A stretch of 64,000 nt of DNA from Bacteroidales bacterium (lineage in GTDB: Bacteria > Bacteroidota > Bacteroidia > Bacteroidales > JAADGE01), in NCBI GenBank assembly GCA_021108035.1, contig JAIORQ010000100.1:20210-84209 (forward strand), read 5' to 3'. The notes under the pieces were generated by a model. The model worked only from the letters and a program-made list of their open reading frames with translations, made no database searches and had not been told where the DNA came from. The position numbers were made by a program, and so were the translations under genes. Shown here one piece after another: positions 37,402 through 48,102 of the stretch (the first letter of the stretch is position 1; the number at the start of each line of letters is the position of its first letter).

Positions 37402-38055
37402 TTATCCGGTAATTACCCCATTCAAATAATCATTAAAAAGCTTTTGGGTTTTGAAAATCGACAACAAATTATCAAGAAAATCCCCGGCAGTTAAATCTTC
37501 GTTTGTTAAATTTTTATTAACAGTATAGCTTTTATAATTCAGCAATTGTATATCCGGAAAATCTTTCGGGAAACCTCTTGGTGCTGTTTTTAATTTTTCT
37601 CCGTACATTTCCGGAAAAACCGTTTTAAAGGTTGGTTCGCTAATGATTTTTTTTATGTTACTTGAATCATTATAAATATCATCCCTTACAGATTTTAAGA
37701 CTTTTGGTTGCGGACAATAAATACCGCCTCCGGCAAAAGATGCTCCGGATTCGATGTGGATATAGTAGCCGGCAAATTCACTTTTCCTGCCGCCTTTAGC
37801 AATATAAGCACCAAAATTAGGCTTATAAGGCTCTTTGTTTTTTGAAAATCGAACATCTCTGTATATCCTGAATATACATTCTTTAGCAGAACTAACATCA
37901 ATTGTATTATCAAACTCTTTTATCTTCAGTATTAAAATATTGACAAATTCTTCAAAAGAATTTTTGGCGTCTTCAAAAACAGGTTTATTGTCTTGAAACC
38001 ATTCTCGGTTGTTGTTCACTTTGAGTTCTGTAAGGAAATTTAGGATTGATTGCAT
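37402..38055 (-). CDS. DUF2461 domain protein
   Basis: FLTELK.NNNREWF, FRIYRDVRFSKNKEPYK, AGYYIHI, LKTAPRGFPKD.P.I.LL. Confidence 0.92.
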   Translation of the reverse strand: MQSILNFLTELKVNNNREWFQDNKPVFEDAKNSFEEFVNILILKIKEFDNTIDVSSAKECIFRIYRDVRFSKNKEPYKPNFGAYIAKGGRKSEFAGYYIHIESGASFAGGGIYCPQPKVLKSVRDDIYNDSSNIKKIISEPTFKTVFPEMYGEKLKTAPRGFPKDFPDIQLLNYKSYTVNKNLTNEDLTAGDFLDNLLSIFKTQKLFNDYLNGVITG

Positions 38056-38088
38056 CTGTTGTTGTATTTAGATATTAGTTGCAAGCAT

Positions 38089-39078
38089 TTAGCTTTTTAT
38101 AATTTGTTTATATAGTTTGTAATGTTGATCAGCAATTGATTTTGCTGAATATTTCTTAACATTTTCTCTTCCGCTGTTGATAATTTTTTTTCTAAAGTTT
38201 TTTTCTTCAATAATTTTTGCAATTGCAGACCTAATCTCTTTAACGTCGTAAGGATCAACAAGTAAAGAGTTTGTTCCTGCAACTTCTTTCATCGGAGAAA
38301 GATTGCTTGTGATGAGAGCTCTGCCTGTTGCTTGTGCTTCCAAAATCGGAACGCCGAAACCTTCATATGTTGAGACAAATGTGACTAAATCTGCCTTTTT
38401 GTACAATTCAATAATTTCTGAATAAGCTAAATTGTAATGATTTTCAAAATCAATTTGTTGTTGTTTAAGAAGTGCTGTTTGTTTGTGGGAAAGTTTGCCT
38501 ACAATTGTTAATTTGCAGGGTATTCCTTTCAATGCCGGGATAAGATTCTCAAGGTTTTTGTTTGGTTTTGTCCCTATTTGGAGGATAAGAGGTTTTTCTG
38601 TATTAAAATCTTTTGGAGAATATTTTATTTCTTCGGAAACACAATCCGGTATAACAATTATCTTTTCAGGTTTTATCTTAAAGGTTTTTAATATTTCATT
38701 TTTAGTAAATTCAGAAATTACAGTAATATATTTTACTCTTGCAAAAGGCATGGAAAACCAAAAAAAACGTAACACTTTGTTTTTTATACCCTTTCCTTTT
38801 AAAGCAGAACCAATATCGTGTACTGTAAGAATTGTTTTTCTTTTTTTAAGAAATAAAGCAACAAAATGAATATCTCCTGTAATATGATTAATATCTCCCT
38901 GATTAAAAGCAGCATTTATCGTAACGGCAATGCGTTTGAGTAATCCTTTGCTTTGGTATTTTGCAAAATTATTTGAGATTTTTACATCTTTCGGCAGTTC
39001 TTTCTGTATTGAAAAAAACTGTTCTTCAATGCTGTGAAAAACAGGGGAGGGGTGGCGGAAGAAGAAGTAGATATTCAT
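38089..39078 (-). CDS. Glycosyltransferase family 4
   Basis: HITGDIH, TVHD, VISEFTK, GTKPNKN, STYEGFGVPILEAQA.G. Confidence 0.92.
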   Translation of the reverse strand: MNIYFFFRHPSPVFHSIEEQFFSIQKELPKDVKISNNFAKYQSKGLLKRIAVTINAAFNQGDINHITGDIHFVALFLKKRKTILTVHDIGSALKGKGIKNKVLRFFWFSMPFARVKYITVISEFTKNEILKTFKIKPEKIIVIPDCVSEEIKYSPKDFNTEKPLILQIGTKPNKNLENLIPALKGIPCKLTIVGKLSHKQTALLKQQQIDFENHYNLAYSEIIELYKKADLVTFVSTYEGFGVPILEAQATGRALITSNLSPMKEVAGTNSLLVDPYDVKEIRSAIAKIIEEKNFRKKIINSGRENVKKYSAKSIADQHYKLYKQIIKS

Positions 39079-39105
39079 TGATCTTATTAATATTTCACAG
39101 AAAAA

Positions 39106-40518
39106 TTATTGCTTAAGGAACGGTTTATATTTATAAGGTTTTAACACAGTTAGGCTTAATACTAACCAGATTAATAAAAATTGTATCACTTGCCCAAAGA
39201 TCAGAGTAATATTACTTTCTATTTTAATAATCGGTAAAATAAGGCTGAATAATGCAATTAAATTTAAATCACCCCTCCCGAATGCTAAAACTTTGTATAT
39301 ATATTTATATGCCAAGCCTTGAAAAAAACTTAAAAAAATTATACCAAAGAAACCAAAATTAATATAAAATTCTACTAACATAGGCCAATTCATTGTTCCT
39401 TTAGATTGTCCCTTAAGACCATAATCTTCAGCCAAATCTGTACCCATCTTATTTTCAGGTTTAAACGGTAATATAACCCTGGGGATGGGAGCAATCGGCA
39501 GCCACCAAAATGTTTCTCCCAATAAAAATGGGCGATCTTTTACTTCATGTTGAAATACACATTGACCCATATATGAAACTTGTTCAAATCTTGATTTTGT
39601 ATGTTTATCTGAATCAATTACTTTATCTGATGTATCTAAAAAATTGGGATCTTCATATGTTTCGCTCAATATATTGAAACCTCGTTCGATTAAATATTCT
39701 GTTGTTAGAGATTCTCCCCCATACCACCATTTTAGAACATCTTTTCTGTAATAGTGTCTCACAAAGAATAGCGGGGTAAGTAAAATTGTTACTATCAGAA
39801 TTGAAATAACAGGAACCTTATTTTTTTCAAAAAAATAGATTATAAAAGGGACAAAAACAAGAAGGACAACGTAGATAAATAAAGTTTGTGCTACAGCAAT
39901 AAAAAATTGAAGGATTAAAAAAGTAAATAACAGGATAATTATAATTTTATTACCTTTTTTTCTGAGGATTATTAATGTAAGACCGGCAGAAATTAGGCTT
40001 GGAGTATAATCTAATATTGACAAAACACCCTTTAATGATTGCATTAAATCATAATAAATATAATAAAGACCTCTGTAGATTAAATATAAAGTCATAATGC
40101 CCAACATTATTTTTCCTAATTGTTTGGAATTAAACCGATTATTCGTATTGAATATAGGATTAATAATCTTTTTTGAAAAACTTCTATAATAACCAAGATA
40201 TAATGCAACAATACCAAGCGCAGAGAAAAAAGACATTTCAAACAGAAAGCCTTCAGGAATAATTCTATATAAATGTGTAACCTTTTCTGATCGGAGGTAA
40301 GGCTGTAAAAAATTCAACCAAGTCAGGAATATTGCAGTAAAAAAAAGAATATCTTCTCTTTTTCTTAAAAAGAATATCCGTAAAGCAACAGATAATATAA
40401 ATGCAAAACTGATATATGACCAAATGTAAACAGCGAAATCATAAGCCGGATTAAAAAAAAACGAAAAAAAAACAGTAATTATTCCTGATATTGCTATTGA
40501 AAAAAAATGATTTTGCAT
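39106..40518 (-). CDS. Probable O-antigen polymerase Wzy
   Basis: About 11 hydrophobic helices; large periplasmic loop ending PIPRVILPFKP; VEFYINFG motif; lies inside a GT locus. Confidence 0.7.
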   Translation of the reverse strand: MQNHFFSIAISGIITVFFSFFFNPAYDFAVYIWSYISFAFILSVALRIFFLRKREDILFFTAIFLTWLNFLQPYLRSEKVTHLYRIIPEGFLFEMSFFSALGIVALYLGYYRSFSKKIINPIFNTNNRFNSKQLGKIMLGIMTLYLIYRGLYYIYYDLMQSLKGVLSILDYTPSLISAGLTLIILRKKGNKIIIILLFTFLILQFFIAVAQTLFIYVVLLVFVPFIIYFFEKNKVPVISILIVTILLTPLFFVRHYYRKDVLKWWYGGESLTTEYLIERGFNILSETYEDPNFLDTSDKVIDSDKHTKSRFEQVSYMGQCVFQHEVKDRPFLLGETFWWLPIAPIPRVILPFKPENKMGTDLAEDYGLKGQSKGTMNWPMLVEFYINFGFFGIIFLSFFQGLAYKYIYKVLAFGRGDLNLIALFSLILPIIKIESNITLIFGQVIQFLLIWLVLSLTVLKPYKYKPFLKQ

Positions 40519-40528
40519 TATATATCAA

Positions 40529-41662
40529 TTACGAAAATAATTTATTTTTTAGTTCTTCAAATACCAAATCACAAATATACATATTCGTATAATTTTGCTT
40601 GGTTTTGTTTTCATAGAAGTTCTCCCGTTTAAAACGGTCTAAAGAATTAAAATCTAAAGAAATAACTTTTGGAGAACTTTTCATTTGAATATAAGGGATA
40701 ATCCCTTTCATGACATCAGGAAACCAGACATCTAAACCACAAATAAGATATTCAAATAATTTATTCGGAGCATTGTATTCATAGTTTTTCGTATTCCCTT
40801 TATATAGAATAATGCCTACATGATACTTTGATAATACCAAAGGTAATTTTTCGTATTCTATTCCTGTATTTACAAAATTGATATAAGATGATTGTAGTTT
40901 TTGTAAATATTGATCTGTGTCTTGGTGCATATTATATGTAAATATATCAAATAATACCTTTCCGTTTTGTAATATTACCCAATCTGAAAATTCTTTAATA
41001 TAAGTATCATTAAGAGAAAGCGCACCCACATAAACACATTTTAAAGGAGTATTTGATTTTTTCCTATCAATCAAATCTATTTTTTGCAACCAAGATTTGG
41101 GAGGATAATTTGGTAATTCTTTTAAAATTTCTTTATCAACTGAAGGGTTATCTTTAATAAAAAAGTTAAGTCTGTCTTTATTGGTATGAGATACCCAAAC
41201 TGCTTTGTTGTAAATATACGTTTGTTCCAATTTATGAAAAAGACATTCCAGCTTCATTGACCGGTTTTGATATTCATCAGGAGTAGTGTATTCGTGATAA
41301 TGGACAAAAATTGCAGTTTTTCGGTTAAATATTTTTGTGTATAAAAAAACAGGAAAAGAAGATAATGATTCGTAATATAAAATTTTATTTGGACAAAAAA
41401 AGATCAATCTCAATAAAACCGAGACTTGAAAAAAGAAATATTTTAAAAGCCGAAATATTATGTTTTCATTATTTTTGGCCGGTGCTGTTCTGTATATTTT
41501 TACTCTTTTATTAATAAAGACATTTCGTTTTTTTGTATTATGAGTTGAAAAAGCGGATATTTTAGTTTCTGCATTAGATTCTCCGGCAAGATAATTTATC
41601 ATATTAGTTGCCGGAGGATAATATTCTAAAGGCAAGAAGTGTAATATTGCTGTTTTTTTCAC
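40529..41662 (-). CDS. Glycosyltransferase (GT-B, GT4-like)
   Basis: YHEY, YVGALS, YEYNAPNKLFEYLICGL. Confidence 0.8.
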   Translation of the reverse strand: MKKTAILHFLPLEYYPPATNMINYLAGESNAETKISAFSTHNTKKRNVFINKRVKIYRTAPAKNNENIIFRLLKYFFFQVSVLLRLIFFCPNKILYYESLSSFPVFLYTKIFNRKTAIFVHYHEYTTPDEYQNRSMKLECLFHKLEQTYIYNKAVWVSHTNKDRLNFFIKDNPSVDKEILKELPNYPPKSWLQKIDLIDRKKSNTPLKCVYVGALSLNDTYIKEFSDWVILQNGKVLFDIFTYNMHQDTDQYLQKLQSSYINFVNTGIEYEKLPLVLSKYHVGIILYKGNTKNYEYNAPNKLFEYLICGLDVWFPDVMKGIIPYIQMKSSPKVISLDFNSLDRFKRENFYENKTKQNYTNMYICDLVFEELKNKLFS

Positions 41663-41768
41663 AGAAAAATATTTATTTTGTTTAATTGGTCCGAAGCAGG
41701 ACTGTATAAAAAAAATTATTAAACCTAATTTATTAAATGTTTCATATAAAAGGACTTTTGTCTGTTTC

Positions 41769-42815
41769 TTACTTGTTCCGCTTTAAAGTAGAACTAAAAT
41801 TGGAATCTAATATTTTATATAATTCATCAGCTCTGTTCTTATATGAATATTTTGAATCAATACTACGATTTCTTGCTTTTTCTCTGAATAACAGAACACC
41901 GGTTTTATCCCGGTTTAAAATATCCTTAATTTTATTTGAGCATTCTTCTTCATTTTTGAAAAAAATGATTTCTTCGTCTTCTTTAAAGTATTGTGCTTGC
42001 TCTTCCGAAAAAGGAGTTAATAATATTCCTCCGGCTCCCGGCACCTCAAATGTTCTCATATTATGAGAGCCCTCATTATGTTCCCTGAAAACATTGAGTT
42101 GAACTCTATATCTTCCGGTATTTATCCAAAACTCTTTATTATATACAGGATCATAAGCATTTAAGTTATTGTGTTTTGTTCGGTTTTTCCACCCGTTCCC
42201 GAAAACATCAATCTTAATTTCCCTGTTTAACAGATAATTTATTAAACAGATTCTTTTTTTATCAGGGTTTCCGATGAAGCAGACTTTATTGATTTCTTCA
42301 TATTTTTTAGTTTCTTCATATATTGCATCGGGCAATTCAAAACCAAAAGGTAAATGAGCGGTTTGTATATTATAACGACTTTTAATTAAATCAATTATTA
42401 CAGGACTGTAACTGATATGTAAATCATAAAGATTAAAGCTTTTTTTTATGTTTTTATTCCCGGAACCGCGTCCTGCAAAGGAAAAAGGATGATCCGGGTT
42501 ATAATTGACAAGAACAATGCCTTTGTCCTTAATCTTTCTTAATGTGGAGGGTAAAATATTAATTCCCTTAAAAACAATTAAAATATCAGCATCTGTAGTT
42601 TCTACATCTAAAAATATTTTTTTATTAAACCGTTTGTAAACATATTTTATATCAAACCGTCTTAAAATTTTTTTAAAGAAATTGTTTTTTAATTCTGTAT
42701 TAAAATCTGAAGCAATATCAATAGTATATACAGATGTGAGTTTTGAAAGATATTTAAAATAATATTCTTCAATACTTGCTTTATTACTAAAATTACCGGC
42801 TATTATTATTTTCAT
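41769..42815 (-). CDS. Glycosyltransferase, YkvP/CgeB-like
   Basis: NYNPDHPF, CFIG, LNVFR..N....NMRTFEVPGAGG.LLT...E....FKE.EEI. Confidence 0.85.
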   Translation of the reverse strand: MKIIIAGNFSNKASIEEYYFKYLSKLTSVYTIDIASDFNTELKNNFFKKILRRFDIKYVYKRFNKKIFLDVETTDADILIVFKGINILPSTLRKIKDKGIVLVNYNPDHPFSFAGRGSGNKNIKKSFNLYDLHISYSPVIIDLIKSRYNIQTAHLPFGFELPDAIYEETKKYEEINKVCFIGNPDKKRICLINYLLNREIKIDVFGNGWKNRTKHNNLNAYDPVYNKEFWINTGRYRVQLNVFREHNEGSHNMRTFEVPGAGGILLTPFSEEQAQYFKEDEEIIFFKNEEECSNKIKDILNRDKTGVLLFREKARNRSIDSKYSYKNRADELYKILDSNFSSTLKRNK

Positions 42816-44001
42816 TTTCGTGTTTTAATGTTAAATCCGCAACAATATTTTTAACCATAACATCATATGAAAATTTTTTAATTTTATTTAAAGATATTGT
42901 TTTTGCATTTCTTACGAACTCTTCGTTTTCAAGAACAAATTTTAAGTGTTTTCTCAAGGCTTCAATATTTCCGGTTTCAAACACAAACCCGTTTTTACCG
43001 TTTTCGACCAGATCAAAAGCAGAACCGGGCATATCTGATGTTATTATCGGAAGTCCGAAATTCATTGCCTCATTAACAACTAAGCCCCATGTTTCTCCAA
43101 TAGTGGATGCAAGAACAAAAACATCTGCAACAGCATAATATTTTGAAATTTCAGACTGATTAATAAAGCCGGTTAAAATTACATTTTTAATGTTTTCTGT
43201 TTTAATTTTCTGTTCTAATTCTGTTCTTAAAAGCCCTTCTCCAAGTAAGATTAAAGTTATGTTTTCTTTGTTTTGTAATCTGAATGCCTCCAAAATATCG
43301 AGAGTCCTTTTTTTTGGCATGTATTTACCTGCTGACAGCACAAATTTATTGTCAGAAGGTAAACCTAAGACCTTTTTTATGTCTGAAATATTATTTTTGT
43401 ATTCATCATAGGTTTTTGAGAACCGTTCATTGTCAACAGAATATGGAGCAAAGATTAGTTTGTTTTCTGTAACGCCATAATATTTATAGAACTCCTTATT
43501 TTGCTTTCCGATATACAAAAATCGATCAATTATTTTAATAAGAAAGAATTTAAAAACAAATTTTTTAAGGCATAATATTAATTTCAATTTTTTTAGTTCT
43601 TGATTTAACGGGCTTTCAGCTCGCATCCATATTTTTGCTTTAAAGAAGAAAGAAAAAATGAAAATAAACCAATTTGTAAAATATGCCCAACCGTGTATAA
43701 TAATTATATCAGGCTTTTCTTTTCTGATTTTTTTTATGATATTAAAATTAACCAAACCAAAAAAGCTGCCTGATACGGCAGGTTTTAACGAGTTGTTTTT
43801 GACAAATTCATATTCATACCCGTCAAAAAGCGGTGTGTCCCATTTTATTTTACTGCCAAATTGTTTATCGAAGCCGCCAATAGTATGGTCTGTAAGATAC
43901 AATACTTTTAATTTAATCTCTTTTTGTCCTGCAATTTTTTTTAGCAAAGGCGATTGGTATTGAATTGGGTGTGATAATATGTATAGCAATTTTTTGGTCA
44001 T
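42793..44001 (-). CDS. Glycosyltransferase family 4
   Basis: SHPIQYQ.PL, PYSVDNERF, AGK...KKR..D, ETWGLVVNEAM..GLP. Confidence 0.92.
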   Translation of the reverse strand: MTKKLLYILSHPIQYQSPLLKKIAGQKEIKLKVLYLTDHTIGGFDKQFGSKIKWDTPLFDGYEYEFVKNNSLKPAVSGSFFGLVNFNIIKKIRKEKPDIIIIHGWAYFTNWFIFIFSFFFKAKIWMRAESPLNQELKKLKLILCLKKFVFKFFLIKIIDRFLYIGKQNKEFYKYYGVTENKLIFAPYSVDNERFSKTYDEYKNNISDIKKVLGLPSDNKFVLSAGKYMPKKRTLDILEAFRLQNKENITLILLGEGLLRTELEQKIKTENIKNVILTGFINQSEISKYYAVADVFVLASTIGETWGLVVNEAMNFGLPIITSDMPGSAFDLVENGKNGFVFETGNIEALRKHLKFVLENEEFVRNAKTISLNKIKKFSYDVMVKNIVADLTLKHENENNNSR

Positions 44002-44026
44002 AGCTTATTAAATGTTTTGAAAGCAG

Positions 44027-45184
44027 TTATTTTTTAATAAATAATAATGAATAATTTTTTGATATATACTTTTCAATTCTCTTAATTTGTTTTTCATAGG
44101 TATTATTCAATGCAAATTCTATTCGTTTTCGTTGCAATTCCGGATTGTTATAGTAGTCTAAATTATTTATTACTTTTTTAAACAATTCGGGAAGGTTTTC
44201 ATTATGCATATCGTCAACCATTTCAATTAAGGCTCGTTTTTCTGCATAAGTTGAAATATGACTTGAAATAATTACTTTTCCTGTTGAAAGATATTCTATA
44301 ATTTTATGACCATTAGCCCCTTTATTTTCTTGTTGAGATAAATCGTAAATTGAAATTAAGGCATCCATATTTTGAATATTTTTGGCTAAAATTTCGGATT
44401 TAACAGGTCCGTATAAATTGCTGTTATCTAATGATTTTAATTCGTCAATAAATTTTTGTGAATTTATCCATCCACCTAAATTTGAATGAGATAAAACATA
44501 GCTACCCCAAAAATGAAATTCTGTTAATGGATTGTTTTTGACAATATTAATTATTGTTTTTGAGTCTATACTTTTAACAAGTAAGTTTCCTGTAAAACCA
44601 ACTTGAATTTTACTGTTAGAATAATAATCATTTGTTTCCATTTTTTTTTCAGCAAATTTCACAAAGTAATCCGAAAGACCATGATTAATAAATTTTGTTT
44701 TATTCAGTTCTCTAAATCTATCTATAATGACTTGTGATACAGAAAAAATAAAATGTGATACTTTTGCTATTTTTAACTCATTGTAATATAGCGAATTGTC
44801 AACAGGATGGTAAATACTGATACTATAGTTAAATGCTTTATAATTTGACAGCAAAAAAGCACTGAAGTTCCAAATAACATCAACTTTTGTAAGTTTTATT
44901 TTTTTTAACAATTGCCTTAATCTCATATTTATTAATAAATCATATGTTTTTCTAAGATGAAATCTAAAGAATTTTGGAAAATTGGGGTTGTATGTAACAA
45001 TTAATAAATTTTGATTGTATTTTTCGATTGTAAAATTTTTATCAAATGAATTATCAGGAGGATTAAAAAAATACACTTGGTTGTTTTTTGATAAATTAAT
45101 TGCATAATGGTGTTTTGAGATAAACATATCTCCCCATTTATCTGTGGATAATATTATAATTTTTTTATTATTAAAGTGAAACAT
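44027..45184 (-). CDS. Glycosyltransferase (GT-B)
   Basis: WGDMFISKHHYA, YHPVD, NHGL, HKIIEYLSTGK. Confidence 0.8.
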   Translation of the reverse strand: MFHFNNKKIIILSTDKWGDMFISKHHYAINLSKNNQVYFFNPPDNSFDKNFTIEKYNQNLLIVTYNPNFPKFFRFHLRKTYDLLINMRLRQLLKKIKLTKVDVIWNFSAFLLSNYKAFNYSISIYHPVDNSLYYNELKIAKVSHFIFSVSQVIIDRFRELNKTKFINHGLSDYFVKFAEKKMETNDYYSNSKIQVGFTGNLLVKSIDSKTIINIVKNNPLTEFHFWGSYVLSHSNLGGWINSQKFIDELKSLDNSNLYGPVKSEILAKNIQNMDALISIYDLSQQENKGANGHKIIEYLSTGKVIISSHISTYAEKRALIEMVDDMHNENLPELFKKVINNLDYYNNPELQRKRIEFALNNTYEKQIKRIEKYISKNYSLLFIKK

Positions 45185-45875
45185 TTTTTTTTGATAAAAA
45201 TGAAATGATTAAATCTTTAGAACAATTAAATAAAACATCTAAAACACTTAAATTAGGAACAAATGTTTTACCCAATTGTTTATATTCAGGATATTTAAAG
45301 TCAGAATATTCAATTTTAATGTTTGAATCGCTAAAATTTTCTTCATCCATATATTTTAACCCGCCTTTGCCGGAAAGGTAAGTCTCGCAATTAAAATATT
45401 TACATATATTAACTAATCTTTGAGACGAAATGCCTAACTCAGAGCTTATTTTCGAGGAAAATTCAATTTGAGTGTTAATGCCTAAGTAATTTAAAACAAA
45501 CATAATGGCGTTGGTATTAAAGTCTGATAACGAACTATATTCAGAATAATATATTTTTTCAACTTCATTAAAAATTTCATTAAAAAAAGGTGCTTTTCTA
45601 TATAATTGTACAATAGTTTTCAGATGCTTTTTTTTCCAATCTCTTGCGTTATTGATACCTGTTTTGTTATATGTAAAAAAAACATTGTTTTGCAAAGGAA
45701 CAGTCAATAACAATTCTTGATCTGCAGACGTTTTAATTTTATTTCTATTAGCAAAACTTCCTTTTGATATTTTTACGTCATCAATAAATACAAAAACATT
45801 TGAGTTATAAATTTTATAAAAATAACCTAACCACGGAAAAAAGTTGGGTTGATGAATTGATATAATTTTCGTCAT
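45171..45875 (-). CDS. WbqC-family protein
   Basis: IHQPNFFPWLGYF.KI, F..DDV, NRNKIK, LTVP, YLSG.GG..Y, Y.Q....F.PNLSVLD.LFN. Confidence 0.93.
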   Translation of the reverse strand: MTKIISIHQPNFFPWLGYFYKIYNSNVFVFIDDVKISKGSFANRNKIKTSADQELLLTVPLQNNVFFTYNKTGINNARDWKKKHLKTIVQLYRKAPFFNEIFNEVEKIYYSEYSSLSDFNTNAIMFVLNYLGINTQIEFSSKISSELGISSQRLVNICKYFNCETYLSGKGGLKYMDEENFSDSNIKIEYSDFKYPEYKQLGKTFVPNLSVLDVLFNCSKDLIISFLSKKNVSL

Positions 45876-45878
45876 AGC

Positions 45879-46298
45879 TTATAGTTTTCGAATCATATAA
45901 AATAATTCATCGGATTGGTTTGCGATATAAAAATTGTTTTTAAAGTAAAAATTAATCGCTTTATAGTTATCTTTGTACACTTTAAGAGAAATACCATCAA
46001 AGGTTTGTGTTGTTTCTTCTATAAAATGGCTTAATAATGATTTTCCAAACCCTAAATTTCTCAATTTTTTTTTAATCATAAATTTATGGATATGAATTTT
46101 CGTTTCTTTTTTTGAAGCAATAATATAGCCGTCTATTAAATCTTTGTTTAATAAGACATAGCTAAAATTCCATTTTAAAGGTAACTCTGCTAAAAAATTT
46201 TCTTTTTCCCAATATTCATGAGGTATATCTTTCAAAATATCAATAAAATCATTGATGTTTTTCTCTAAGAATTGTTTACTTATTGCAATTATTTTCAT
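45879..46298 (-). CDS. GNAT N-acetyltransferase
   Basis: IHKFMI...RNLGFGK.LL, LKVYKDN..AINFY.K..F. Confidence 0.85.
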   Translation of the reverse strand: MKIIAISKQFLEKNINDFIDILKDIPHEYWEKENFLAELPLKWNFSYVLLNKDLIDGYIIASKKETKIHIHKFMIKKKLRNLGFGKSLLSHFIEETTQTFDGISLKVYKDNYKAINFYFKNNFYIANQSDELFYMIRKL

Positions 46299-46306
46299 TT
46301 TTTAAA

Positions 46307-46939
46307 TTAAATTAACCATCGAATTATTTCAAATGCTTCCGCATAAATACATCCTGCCTGTCCTCCTCTGGTTCTGAGGACACTTTCAATAAAGTTTTTA
46401 TCAACATAATCTCTGCCGAGTTGAGAAATATATTTTTTTATGGAACTTATTTTAAGTTTAACATGCTTTTCTGTAAGTCTAATGAATAAATTAGTTGTAA
46501 AGGTTAAATTATTCCAAGGAATTTCATATCCAACTAATGTTGTTTTTTTGAAAGCTCTAAAACCCTCATTTCTTATAACTTGGTGGTCTTGGTGTGTGTC
46601 AAAAGTTGACGGTAAAAAAACTATATCCGGTTTTATATCAGTTCTTATTTTTAAGATATAATCTAATATTTCTTGTCTAAATTCCGGAAACTTCCTAGCT
46701 TGGAATGAATTTATTTCAAAATTTTTTTTTATGCCTAGTATCTCCATTGCCTCACGCATATTTATTTTATTGATATTTTTATCAAATCTGGAGGGTATAG
46801 AGATTTCAGCTGCTGAAAAAGCGACACAAAAAACGTCATTTCCGTTTTCTGTAAATTTAGCAATTGACCCGCCACAACCAAATTCAGCATCGTCAGTATG
46901 TGGTGCAAGTATTAATATTCTTGAATCTTTATTTATCAT
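46307..46939 (-). CDS. PIG-L family deacetylase
   Basis: LAPHTDDAEFGCGG, DTHQDH, YEIPW, EAFE. Confidence 0.93.
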   Translation of the reverse strand: MINKDSRILILAPHTDDAEFGCGGSIAKFTENGNDVFCVAFSAAEISIPSRFDKNINKINMREAMEILGIKKNFEINSFQARKFPEFRQEILDYILKIRTDIKPDIVFLPSTFDTHQDHQVIRNEGFRAFKKTTLVGYEIPWNNLTFTTNLFIRLTEKHVKLKISSIKKYISQLGRDYVDKNFIESVLRTRGGQAGCIYAEAFEIIRWLI

Positions 46940-48102
46940 TTTAATATTTTTTTAACTATATTTCCAAGAGGTTTTAATGGTCTCAAAACCGGATAAGTAT
47001 TATACAAAGACAGCTCTGTTTTAAATTCGGTATGTTCTCTACGAGGGGCATTTATGTATAATTCAAATTCTTGCTCAGAAAAACCCAACTTTTTTAACAC
47101 AAACTCCTTATCTTCCTCACATTGTTCTTTATTATACATTGGTTTTTCCAATTCTTTCAGGGCTTCGTCTTTTGTAATTTGGCCTGAACATATTAGGTTT
47201 GATAAATGTGCTTTTCGTTTATCTATCCCGACCTTTTTCGGTAGAATATATCCTTGATAAAAACGTGTGAAGATTGACTCGTAATGTTTTCCGCCGTAAT
47301 CTTTCCAGTCTAATTCTGATATGATTGTTTCTTTTATTTCACTTTTAACATACAACAGATAATTTAACAAATCAACGGTTTGTATGCCTTTAACTTTTTG
47401 GTAATAATGTTTTGCTTTTGAGCCGAAAAAAGGAAAGGTTTTTAAAGGAATTGTTCCGTATTTTTTATGAATATCTTTGATATTGACGTGATCAGCCTTA
47501 TTAAAAATCCAAGATTTCGGTAACAGAGACTCGGTAACAACATTATTGCCCGAAAGAATATACTTTATATTGTTTTGAGCTGCAATTTTATAAATTGTTC
47601 CAAAAATAGCATGGTCTGTTATTGCTTCTATATCAATAACATTAGCTTTGAAATAAGCAAGTTGAATATCCCGAAACTCATTCCAATTTATAACATAAGT
47701 TTCTAAATCAAAATCAAGTTTAGTAATAATATTTTCGATGTTTTTTACTGCAAGTTCAGAATTCCAACCATTATCAAAATGCACGCAAAGAACTCGCAAT
47801 CCTGCTTTTTTTGCAATATATGCTAAATAGGTACTGTCCACACCGCCGCTGACACCAAGAAGACAATCATATTTTTTATTTTTCCCGGAGTTTTTAATGT
47901 TTTGAATACTTTCTTCAAATTTTTGTATCCCTTTTTCTTCTTTTAAAACATGTTTTTTCTCTTCAATAAAATATTCGTGATAATAATTGCAAACCCCGTT
48001 TTTATCAAAAGTTATATTAGGGTCAGCAATGTTATCCATTACTGTTTTGGTGCATTGCCGGCAGTTATCGGGGATAAACTTTGGGTTTACGTAGTGTTTC
48101 AT
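46936..48102 (-). CDS. N-acetyl sugar amidotransferase (WbuX/WbpG/PseA-like)
   Basis: CRQCTKTVMD, YDCLLGVSGGVDS, HFDNGWNSELA, YGGKHYES.FTRF, DKRKAHLS.LI.SGQ. Confidence 0.93.
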   Translation of the reverse strand: MKHYVNPKFIPDNCRQCTKTVMDNIADPNITFDKNGVCNYYHEYFIEEKKHVLKEEKGIQKFEESIQNIKNSGKNKKYDCLLGVSGGVDSTYLAYIAKKAGLRVLCVHFDNGWNSELAVKNIENIITKLDFDLETYVINWNEFRDIQLAYFKANVIDIEAITDHAIFGTIYKIAAQNNIKYILSGNNVVTESLLPKSWIFNKADHVNIKDIHKKYGTIPLKTFPFFGSKAKHYYQKVKGIQTVDLLNYLLYVKSEIKETIISELDWKDYGGKHYESIFTRFYQGYILPKKVGIDKRKAHLSNLICSGQITKDEALKELEKPMYNKEQCEEDKEFVLKKLGFSEQEFELYINAPRREHTEFKTELSLYNTYPVLRPLKPLGNIVKKILK

